A DNA stretch of 63,938 nt, the filler included, from Platydemus manokwari (lineage: Eukaryota): NCBI GenBank assembly GCA_037951405.1. It is 6 parts of 6 records of this genome, joined end to end, with 100 filler letters (N's around TTAATTAATTAA, not from the genome) between each part and the next. Parts side by side here need not be neighbours in the genome. Positions count along the whole stretch, not along the records: positions 21,199 to 33,876 come from JBBMOY010016681.1; positions 33,977 to 43,775 come from JBBMOY011203210.1; 4 more parts are not named here. One strand, 5' to 3'. Of the stretch, positions 26,943 through 38,549 are shown one piece after another. Every line of letters starts with the position of its first letter. Position 1 is the stretch's first letter. The notes under the pieces were generated by a model that did not search any database, had not been told where the DNA came from, and saw nothing but the letters and a program-made list of their open reading frames with translations. The position numbers and the translations under genes were made by a program.

Positions 26943-28196
26943 TGTAGGGACCGGCAAAAAATTTTCGTTTTTCTAAGTCGATGCAATCATATCAAAATCT
27001 AAAATAAATTACAATTTAAAACACTTTTTATGAAAATCGGATGTGCATTTATACTAAAAGTGTTAGTAAATCATAACAGAGCCTAAACATAGTCTCCATC
27101 AACTTCAGTGACACTCTGCAGGTGACGTGTAAAATTTAGAAACTCGCTTGTGAGCTTGACTTCCTATGTTGACTTCAAATATTGGCGAAAATTGTTGCTC
27201 ACCTCACCTGAATTACTGAAATTTTTTTCACGTCGGTAGCACTCATAATTCCGGAAGATAAAGCGATCCATGAGGTTTGTGTCAGGTGAGTAGACCAGCT
27301 GCTTTTAAAGAGAAAAGTGATGTTCTCCAAGTCAAAGTCGAATTAACTGTGCTGCTTGAAGTCTGGCCTTGTTATGCTGAATGACCATTCTCCAATCAGA
27401 TAGTCTTGTTTGAAATTTTAAAATCATATTTTACAGGAATTGTAGGTTGATGGATCCACCGTCTTGAAGGATTTTGAAATATGTGAGTGAATTTACATAG
27501 TTGCTGCCAACAATAATCAGAACTTTGTTCTTTTGTGCTATCCACCCAGACAAGATTGCATTCTTTTAGAGGTAAGTCTCAAAGGTAAATACATTTTTAT
27601 CGATCACAATGATATTTTCCTTAGCCCTTCTTGCCAAATAAACATTCAATATTTCCTGTCAGCAAGTGACTCTGATTCTCTTCTTATTATCTGTCGGAAT
27701 GTGAGGAAACCACCTGCTGCGAACACTTGTTTCTTTATTGTCAGTGACTCTTGAAATGGATGGACATCTTAAGAGACAGTATTCTTCAATCATTTTACGC
27801 ACAATAATGACATTCTCTTCTGCAGTGCTCGTTCTTGGTCTTCCTGAATCTTCTTTTCGCTCGAAAAGTGTTTGCTGTTCTCCTGCAAACTCTTTGGTGA
27901 TTTGCTGGACTCTCCAAAGACTGACGACGTTCTCTGCTCCCCAACTTTCGACAAGAAAGCGATGAATTTCGGTAGCTGAAAACTTGTTTCGTGTTAAAGT
28001 TGTAACGAAGAAATTTATGTCGCTTTGCTTTGCCATCATCTTTCAGGCTAAATCATATTGATTTATTTAAATTTAAATCTTGAATTTTCCAATCTTGGTT
28101 ATGATCTACTTTAGAAAATTGACCTAAGAAAGACCTATCTAGTTAATTTTAACTTTGATCTTCAGATATTTTCTTACTGATAAAAACGAAATTTTG
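26943..28196 (-). mobile_element. Near full-length mariner-family transposon with inactivated transposase (27083-28039)
   Basis: Transposase motifs SATEIHR, SGRPR, RWFPH (WVPH), IIVIDK, QHNKAR (HDNARPH), YSPDTNLMD and terminal DGDYV*. Inverted repeats aaaattttcgtttttctaagt (~26958-26978) / actgataaaaacgaaattttg (28176-28196); TA-rich flanks. Confidence 0.85.
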
Positions 28197-29749
28197 TATA
28201 TATATATATATCATATATATCATATATATCATATTTTTTTCATTCTTCCCGGCTTTTTTTCAAGCTGCCAGGTGTTAAAGCCTTTCTCACTATCAGATTC
28301 TTTGTTTGTTAACACATATTTCATCGACATGGTTTGATATTCGTTTCTGCGTTTATCTCCTTCCATACGATATATGGACTGCGTGTTAATGGTATTATTT
28401 CTTTTCTATTCACTATCTGAGCAGATTACTAACCCACTCATGTTATTATCCCAACTATTGTTTGACTTTTTCTGATCATTTTATAAAAATAATGTTTTCT
28501 TTCTTAAAATGTTTTTTGATTTCGATATTTATCATTATATTATTTCAATATGCAAAGGCGCGCATTCAATATTAATATTAGACGACAATATAGACTGACA
28601 AAGCCATTTAAGGTAAAATGTATTTAAATTAAACTCATCTTATCTCAATAATCGAGTCATCTCAATTTGTAGAAATACAATTTTTGATCCAATATTAAAA
28701 CACGATTGTTGGGAAAATGTATGACCTGAATTCGACGAGAATAGTTTCATTTTTTAAAAATAAAATGGAAGAAGTTTCCAAAAATGTGAAAAGGACATTG
28801 TTGTGGTTTATGGAAGTTTTAGATAATTTTAGAGTTGATATAATATAGATCAGGATAGACCAGCAATATTTAAAAATAATTATCAACTCAATTTAACCCC
28901 ACTTAAATCAATAATGAAAGTAAAAAAATAAAATATAATTGATGTAACAATAAGAGCAAATGAAAGATATTAATGGACCACAAAAATGATATAAATATAA
29001 AAGTATGAAATGATTTTAAAATGAGACGATTTGTGATAAAATGTAGATTTTATGTCACCACCAAGAGTCTCTATCTCTGAGTGGCTTGCTTAATGTGTGG
29101 CCTATTAGTGCCAGCAACCTTTCTTAGTTGGTACAGGTGACTTCTTTTACTATTCGTATTGTAAATATATATATATATTAAATGTCTTCAGATTTTTCTT
29201 CTCCAATTATTGATTGATGGAAATCGAAACAAAATCCACTAATGCTGCTGAATTTGCTAATCGTTGTCGATGCAATTCAAATATTTGGGTCTGAATTATT
29301 ATTGATCGATTAATACCACGCAATATAATTTTTAACAATTCTGTAACAATTTAGTAGACAATTTTTGGTCATTTTATGGGCATTAGCAATATTTTTGGGG
29401 TTTATTAATATCGCTATTATTTTTTTTATTAACTTCGACTTTTTTCTTTTTTCTTCACTAATTATATCACTTTTTACTTCTAATGGTTTCATATTATTAT
29501 TTTAGGGTATTTCCTTACCCAACAGATTATCATGTGCTGCATTCAATTGAACTAATGTGAATATTGTGATCCTAATAAAATTTTATCCAATCATTTATCA
29601 CATGGTTTTTTTACAACTTAAATTCATATAATTCATAATTTTATTAACTTATACCTTATGGAGTTCGGTGTATTATTAATATGCATGCACACATACATAC
29701 ATACATACACGCATACACACATGCATATATGTTTGTCATTATAATAGAG

Positions 29750-30800
29750 CTCAATTGTTAATTTGGTTTTAACACTTAATTACTTAAATCATATAAGATA
29801 TCTGCCTAACCACAATAAAACCCAACAATATGATGAATACATGATGCACTTTAAACGACAAGAGAACAGAAAGAATGTTTTAATGTTTAACGCAAAACTT
29901 ATACAATGCAATAAAGATTTCAAATCAATTATCCCTTCAAAAAAATCAATCTACCTACTCTTATTTTAAACTTTATATATATTCAGAAATGATACTTGTT
30001 GATTTTCAAACGTGCTCACTCACTTCAATGTGTCATTGAGGACGAAAATCTAAACAATATCATTATTTTATCAATAATAGATTAAGTGAGAATATTGATT
30101 ATATGTCGATGATAGTTTTTTTTTACAATTTTATTTTGTTCATTCCTAGCAAAAAGAAATGATTTGCTAATACATAAGCAATTGTGTAGCACATTTATTG
30201 ATTACAAAATTGAGATCTGCAATATTGATAAAATCAAAGTTATAATATTCGCCATAAAGTTTATGTAAAAATATATAGACAACAACATAAGATTGCTAAT
30301 TCGTTCTCAACAATAGTGATTTCTACGGTTACTGCTCGCAAAAATGAACCCAAAATACATCAAACACAATTTTCGTTAAAAATTACAAGGATATATTTTA
30401 GTTCAACTGAGATCGATATATTTCCCCCATTTGTCTTTCAAATTATTTTCGTTTTATAAATTTAAATTCAATTCTCGTTATAAAATTGGGACATTATTCC
30501 AGTCATAGAAAGACTATGAAGATTACGATAAGTTGATCATCTTTAGAAATTCCACATTACCTTAAACGTTCTCAATTCATTATCTTCTGATTGTAGTCTC
30601 AAAGATTTTAAGATCCAATAAATTGACATCAAACATTGAGAGAAGATTATTTTAAATATTTATCTGCCACCACTTTACGAGCATATCTCACAAATTTATA
30701 AAACAGTTCCTAGATCATGTTTTATACCGTTGCATTTTTCATGGTAAAGGTAAAGATTCGAAACCATTTTGTCAATGATCTTTAGTTAGTTAGTTTTTAG
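29750..30800 (+). mobile_element. Decayed Penelope-like retroelement
   Basis: LYVDDSFF (~30099-30122), AIKFM*KYIDNNIRLL (like IKFTxExExxxxLPFLD), STVTARK (TxVYRK) and YEHI in correct order. Confidence 0.55.
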
Positions 30801-31196
30801 TTGGTTAGTTTTTCTCCCAGGAATCTGGAGAAATTCCAGCGATATATTTAATTTGTTTTAATTCTTATTCAATTACGAAAAACATCGTCGAAAAGCTTCG
30901 GTATGGATTAGAAAGCCGCAAAAAGAAAATTCGGAACGAATCGATAATTCTATATAAGAGTGCTATTAGTTTTAGATAAATCCAATAAAACACACAATTA
31001 TAAAATTCAAATTTAAATAAATTAAAAACAACATTGTAGAGTAAAAAAAAAGCAAGGTGCAGGAAGTTTAGTAGATATACAGGTATCGATAGGTCAATAT
31101 TTCCCATAAATTTATCATTGCATATCCATATGGATTCAACAAACTGGTTTCCACGTGTTCCAATGATGTGCGAAATGTGATAAGGTAAGTGTGGCA

Positions 31197-32262
31197 TCAT
31201 TTTTCCAGCTGTATTTCCGTATTGGGCGCACTTTTTCGATTTTCTGAACACTTTGACGAATACATCATTTGAAGTTGTTTGTTGTTTGAGATAAAGTTTT
31301 TTAAATCTATCGATTTCGATCTATTCGATTTCAGAATCGATGCTGATTGGATGGATTTGATAACATTATCGTGAGAAGGAGAAAATTTGAGCGAATAAAG
31401 ATGTGAGTATTGTTTTAATAAAGTCGTTTCTGTGGTTGTTAAATTTTGAGATAATTTGATTTGCCGATCAATTTTCTCAATCGATGGAGCCTTATCTGAA
31501 CTATGCAAAGAATGATCACACGAAAATGATTTCTTCATTGATGCCGATTCATTTGTCGATCCGGTGTGATTACTGATATCATTTGAAGGTTCATAATCGG
31601 ATTTTGATAATTCCGACATGTTCCAGCTTTTGATCGATTTTCGGTAATGTTTCAAATGCTTCAATTCAAGTATACCGATTTGTTCAGGTACGATGTCTAT
31701 TGGTTCATCGGTTGGAATGGATTTCCTACCGGTGACAGCCGATTTTCGTGAATGTATAATGTCCGGAAACTCTGACAATTTGTACGGCAACTTTTCTAGC
31801 CACTTGTGGTACTGTTCGATATCACATTTATCAATATTTGCCCCCGAAAATATGGGTATAAAATCGTCAGCTATATCATATTCCAGTTCGGATTTGTCTT
31901 GGTCATTTGCATTTTGTTGGAATTGCATACTCCTTATTACTGAATCCGTTCTCGGCGGTGGCACTGGAACGACATAGTCCTGGTCCAATTCACCAAGCTC
32001 TTCATGAGTCTCACTACTATTGTCACTGGAATATAAAAGATTGACATTGCCTAAATGATGATTATGTTTTGTTGTTGGTATATTGGAATCGTTGAGAAAC
32101 TCTTTTGGAACTGGGACAGCACTAGATATTGAAGATTCTGCAAATGAATGAGGTGGAGTTGGTGTTCTGGTTGGTAAGAGTTCTGCAGACGCCCGAATAT
32201 TTTTAATACTTTTAATTCTCGGTATAGAATCTTCGAAACTCGATTCATTGTAATATGATTTT
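31197..32262 (-). CDS. Large terminal exon (~354 aa) of an unidentified gene; Ser/Pro-rich, probably disordered signalling/adaptor tail
   Basis: The ORF-track frame stays open upstream to acceptor ttattgtAG at 32263/32264 (KSYYNESSFEDSIPRI...ELDQDYVVPVPPPRTDS...QLEK*). Higher GC than flanks; no recognisable domain. Confidence 0.75.
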
Positions 32263-33876
32263 CTACAATAAAATGTTTTATTAGATTTAATTTAAATATT
32301 TTTGTAATTTATTAGTTATTGACAAATAAAAGTAGACTGACTTTATAAAAATTTAAAACTTCATACTTATATAATATCACTAACAATATAATGGAGACCT
32401 TTTCATATTTTTAAACAAATTTCATAAATTTCGATACTCAAATACACTTTCAAATTCAATAAACCACATTAAAATCAAACAAAAGGTCCACTAAATAAAA
32501 CAAAAGATAGATATTAAGTAACAAAATCGATTAATTGCAATGGAAAAGTACAAGATTAATTGGTTGAAATAATCGTTGTTTCTCACTTCAAAATTGAACA
32601 CTCTGGGAAACCTTATTCAGAATAAATTGTGTAAATATTGTGCCAAGGATTTTTATATCGATTTTGAAAAATCCAATGGGTGTTTATGATTGAAAAATGA
32701 ATTTAATACGAAGTAGAAAATATTGAAAACCGATATGAAAAAAAATTATATTGCTTTATATCACGGAGCATTGGAGTAAATAAATTGTGAACATATTGAT
32801 TTTAATCCAGCTATCAACGATAATTAATTTTAATTAATGATTACCGGAAAGGTTTTGGGATATTCAAAGGTACCGCGATATATAGAGTGAATTAAAAAAT
32901 GAGATGAATATTACATGGGTGTGTGTGTTGTTGTCTGTGTTAGCCCGATGTGAGCGATATGCTGAATGGACTAACCAGTTACAAATTTTATCAGCAACAG
33001 AAACAAGTGAACTCTCATGTTTTGACGAGGGTTTTGTAAATATTCGGTTGACCTCCATCAACATTTATCAGTCAAATATTTGCAGATATTCGAATTTTTG
33101 AAAGCATCAAACATTCATAAAATATCAAAATAATGTCGTCTATTCAAATCTCTAACTTTTAACAGTGCTTATTCTGTATAGATAAATATTTGGTGAAAAT
33201 GTTTAAGGAAATAATAAAAATAAATAAAAATATTGAATTAAGTTCAGAAAAAGGATCCTTTGATCTCATTTCATCATGATGAATTTCCACGCATTAAATA
33301 ATTTTACAATTTTCAGTTTATGCGTATTTTTCGAAAATTTTATTTGAATAAAAAGGATTTAATTTGATGGAAAAATTGTTCCTCATTAATATGCTTGTAA
33401 ACATCTTGGCTTCATGAATGAGCAAAATACTTTCAATGAATAACAGGCTCATTTCGATAAGCGAGATTTGGAATGGAGCTTGTGAGACCTCCAATAAAAA
33501 ATACGAATGATTGATCCGACCTGGCCTAACATCAATTAAATATAAAAAATACTTTAATTTTTTTATTTATTTTAAAATTTTTGTGTAGAATTGGCACCTT
33601 TCGCCTTTGGAATAGATATAAAAAATCAAAATATATAAAAATACATAATTTAATAAAAAATTTAAATTACGTTTTATTTTTTTTTAATAATTTTAAAAAC
33701 CTTGGATTTGTTATTGATTATGACATTTGAGCCCTTGATTATGGAAATGGTATAAGTCATTTCAACCTTTCAAAACCAAATTTCCATTTAAAATGGTAGT
33801 AAATTTCACAATCATATTAAATGCTGATTTACCGGCCGCTAATTAATTGTCAAAATATTTCATTCCATAATACACA

Positions 33877-33976
33877 NNNNNNNNNNNNNNNNNNNNNNNN
33901 NNNNNNNNNNNNNNNNNNNNTTAATTAATTAANNNNNNNNNNNNNNNNNNNNNNNNNNNNNNNNNNNNNNNNNNNN
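33877..33976. other. Artificial 100-bp spacer
   Basis: N44-TTAATTAATTAA-N44. Confidence 0.95.
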
Positions 33977-34099
33977 TATTTTCAATTAATCAAATAACCT
34001 TTAATCAGGTTACTTTTTAATCAATTACCTTTTTAAAACAAAAATAATTAAATCTAAAATAAACTGTATTTTAAAAAAAATACAACCAAAATAAAAAAT

Positions 34100-34250
34100 G
34101 TTTATTTTAATAAAACATGTTCTCTTTAACCGATAATCGGTTAATGAGAACTTTTACACTGAAAATTTGGGGAAAGTTCTCTTTACCCGATTTTGTTCTC
34201 CTTAAGCAAGTTCATAAATAAGTTCATAAGTACATAAGCGAAATCTACTG
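34100..34250. mobile_element. End of a Tigger/pogo-type element or MITE
   Basis: Ends ...taagcgaaatctactg followed by TA (34251-52); subterminal palindrome gttctctttaaccgat-a-atcggttaatgagaac (34119-34151) and repeated gttctc motifs. Confidence 0.5.
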
Positions 34251-37196
34251 TAATAATTATTAGGATATTTTAAATTGGTTTTAAAAATAATTTTTGGGAT
34301 ATATTTTGAAATAAATTTAATAACAATATTATATTTATAATATTTTTATTTATAATGTCTGAATTAAAATCAAAATAAAATCCCTTTAATAATTGTTAAT
34401 GAAGGCATAATTTTTTGGATACTGAACATAATGACTTCTAATACTAATTATAGAGAAACAAAAATTACTAACAATAAAATAAATAAAATTAAGAACATAA
34501 ATAATAATAATTGTTTTGCGACCATCGAACGAACATTTAGTACATATTTTTTGCTTATTTTAATTTCAAAATTTTCTATAAATAGTGTTTTTTGATTTTT
34601 ACCTTTTCACTAACAAAAAATAAGTTTTTTATTATAATTGCTTCCAAAACTTTGGTTTGATATTTAGCACCAAATAACTAAACCGATAATAGAAATTTTA
34701 ATATATCCGATAAATATCAATTTTTTAAGTCCTTCAATCAGTTCATAAATCACACTAAACAAGTGATTCGCAAACTTTTCGGGCGTACCGCCCCCTTTTC
34801 AGAATAAATATTACTTAGCACCCCCCAAACTAACCCACACCAAATTTTAACTTTTAGTAGCAATTTATAAAAAAATCATAATGTTACTATTTTTTGTTAC
34901 TTAATTTTAACTTCTTGTAATCACAACAAAATAACCTTCCTTTTAGTTTTATACTACCGCTCAACTACCATATTTCGATGTTGAAAGCGACAGGGAGCAC
35001 AAGCGGTAGCATTGAGTGCGCGATTACACATACTTGAATTAAAATTAGTGAGAACTTACAGTACGTTGCTTAAAGACAAATTAGGCGTTTTGAGCAAACT
35101 AGGTACATCAAAATTTGTATTAATCATTTTCATACATTCTTATAGTATTAGTACTATAGTCACTAAACCAATTCCATTGAGTATTATTTATTGATTTCAA
35201 TTTTAAAGCATTTTAATTGTGCTTGACAATCTTATTTTTATTTTAAATTTATGACAAAAATTTGGTATATTATATGAAAAAAATAGAAATATTTTCTTCT
35301 TATCATTGTATTTTGGCAACCAAATTTATTGTGATATTTTAAACATAACCTAGTTGAACCTTCTTTAAAAAATTTGGAATACTAAAGAATGAAATAAAAA
35401 TAAATATTAATTAAAATGAAAACAGAATTGACAAATATTCCAAGCATGTTAAATGAAAATTCAAAATTTATTTTACTCAAAAGTTTTATTCAAGTAGAAC
35501 AATCATTAATGATGCAAACCTAATAAATGGAACTAAACAAGATGACAATGATATTAAATATATTTAAGTTTCATAAATAGCAATTACGGCAAATTGAGAT
35601 AAACAATCTAGAAAATCAAATTTAGAAATGATACTGGTAACAGGGAAATTAAAACAAATAAATAAACTTCTATTAAAAATTGAATTTCATTAAAATCAAC
35701 CGGGAATTTGTTATCTGCAAAACAATGTGCTATTAGATTGCAGTATTGTTTCAGATAAAGATCATGATAATCAATATTCAAATACCTATAATGGCTTCCG
35801 AGAAGAGTTATTTTTCTGGTTATCAATGAATTAAACCAATAAACTAACCAATTTATTTATCAATAGCAGCAAAACACTTTTTAAGAAATTACATTTCAAT
35901 AATATTGTTGAAACAACATTATGATTATATTCATCATTTTTATCGATTATCATCATAAGTAATACCTGCTGGAAATTATTTTCATTCAAAACTGAATAAA
36001 TCATATTAAACTATTTCTGTAAATGAAATCAAACGATCTAAATGTTATTAAGTCAAGACTGATTGCAATGTTCTCATTAAAATATATCTAGTTGATTAGA
36101 AGTGTCCTTAAAACTGGTTTTAAACCAGTTAGTCCATTAGCTTTAACAATTAAATTTTTAAATAATATATTTAATCGTATTCCGTTTAGAAATTCTAATT
36201 CCGTTTTGTCTACTTTAATCGTATTATTTGTGTGCTAAGATTGTTATTAGTTTGGAGTCACACTTCCACACGTGCTTGATCACAATAATTTCAAAGTTTT
36301 GTTTTCAGTAAACACAATTTATTATTGGCACACTTTTGTAGGAATAATTTGAAATTAAATATGATCATTAAATTTCTGGTTTTTTAATCATAAAAAAGAT
36401 AAGGGTAACTAAATGTTGCTTGAAAGATCTTCTTGACTATTATTGTTCATTGTTGTCCAGTGTTTAATATGATGATTAAGTTTTTATTTTATTATATAAT
36501 TATAAATATAATTTTTTTTATAAATACAAAAAATAATAAGAATGAATTATTCTGCTTGATTGAAATAGAAGATTTGGAAAATAAAATTTAGAGCTTATCT
36601 ATTTGTTTCATTGTGAATTCACGGTTATTTGTTTATTGATTAGCCAACATATGAGCTAAATGGCGATCCGTCAACTGAACGTTATATTAGAATAAATGTT
36701 ATTCCTAACCTTCACATACTTAATTCACAATAATTTCAAAGTTTCGTCTTCAGTAAACCCAATTTATTATTAACCAACTTATAAAGCAAATATAATTATT
36801 TAATAATATAATACCGGGGAAATAGATTGGGTAATTAAGGGGAAATTAAACATCGCTGTAAGATCTGTAAAAATATAGATATGAAATGGTAACATAAATA
36901 CGGTAATAGCAAAACAAATTAGGAGTTCAAGGAGATTTATTTATTGGTTAACAGTATGACTAATTTGAATAAATGTAATTTCCTAAGTGTGGAGCCAAAA
37001 AAAAGATTTTCACTTAAAGAGAACGATATTAACAATTGCTTATTTTTGTAGAATCGTGACAACAAAACACATTAGAGTTAAAATGAAATTTTCACTTTCT
37101 TATGACACCTGGCTGTTATTTTATTGATATAAATAATTAAGTTAAGATTTTATATGGTAGAAACAGTGATAGCTTGACAGAACTAATAAGGTGACA

Positions 37197-38549
37197 ATGT
37201 GTGATAAGTATGAATATGAAAATATTAGTGAATTATCTAAACAAGTTGCAATTGAAAAGTTGAAAGAAAATCCTTCACAGATCAACGAACAAATTAATCA
37301 ATTGAGAGAATGGGCAATATCAATGCCTCATCTAAACTGTCCAACGGGTATGATAATAATGATTATATGTATCATTATATTATAAATTATTTAAATAGAT
37401 TCGAATTTTTTGCTGCGATTTTTACGAGTAGCAAAATTTGATTTGAAACGAGCTCAAAAGCAATTGGATTCGTTCTGTACAATTCGATGTTCTCAAAGAG
37501 GAAATCCTGAATATTTCAATTATCCTCGTATTGATAGCAGAATGATTGATGAATTTCTGGACTCTCAGTATGCAGATAATTTTGTTTTTTCAGGAAATAG
37601 AGATACATTATTATATTTAGAATATTGACGCCATTAAGCAGAAATGAAAGTGGAGAAATAATTATTTACGTTGCACTGAGTAATATTATTATATTAAGAT
37701 AAGCTATAGTTGAATATATTACAGAATAAGAATATTGATAGAGATTTTAAATTTGAATTTTTATAAATCAATGAATTTAATAAATTTAAATTTAAGAAAA
37801 TTGGAATCCAGAAAAGATTCCTGTAATACAATGGACAATGTTGATGTTTATGGGATTTGAAGTTATTGAAAGCGAAGAAGAGACTCAAATTCATGGTGTT
37901 AGAATATTCTATGACTTAACGGACGCTTCAGTAAAAGTAATGGAAGCAACTAATAATAAAAAATACGTCATGGAAATGGCAAGGTGTTTTCAAGTTATAT
38001 TTTCGTGTTTACTAAGTCAGATATGTGACAAAATCCTTTATAGGATATATTCCCATGGCGACTAAAAAGTATAGTATTTTACAATGAATCTGACATCTAT
38101 AAAAACATAATGAAGATGGTCTTTTTCTTTTTTAATAAAATTACTGGCCGTGTAAGTGAATTGTTATTTTGTAACTCATTATGTTTACTTTTAATATATT
38201 TATTGTTCATTTTATTATTCATGCTTCCTGTTGATCAAGATTTAAATTAATATTTTTAGATTATTCGAACTAATAATCTCGAAACGGTTTTTGAACAAAT
38301 TCCGGGTTTAAAAGATATTTTACCAACTGAATATGGTGGCTGTGGAGGACCTTTGAAACCTTATACCGGTAATCTTTATTTACAAATTTTCATCAAAAAT
38401 TTACATATATTAATACAGAAAGATGGAATAAGTATTTCAAATCTCATTATAAAGATAGTCATCCATTTGAGCATATCACTGTTGACGAATTGAATCGCCA
38501 CGACGAAACAATAAATTATTTATCCAATTATCCTGACTATGAAGAATAA
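37197..38549 (+). CDS. CRAL-TRIO (Sec14-like; alpha-TTP/CRALBP/clavesin-like) lipid-binding protein, 7 exons, 307 aa
   Basis: Exons 37197-37347, 37399-37567, 37621-37679, 37797-37993, 38044-38151, 38260-38368, 38419-38549 with GT-AG introns join in frame (924 nt). Motifs DSNFLLRFLRVAKF, ETQIHGVRIFYDL, FQDIFPWRLK, ILPTEYGG. Confidence 0.93.

Noticed and set aside
30865-31251. 128-aa overlapping ORF as a separate gene
   Set aside because: Alternative frame overlapping the terminal exon and running into AT-rich 3' UTR-like sequence.
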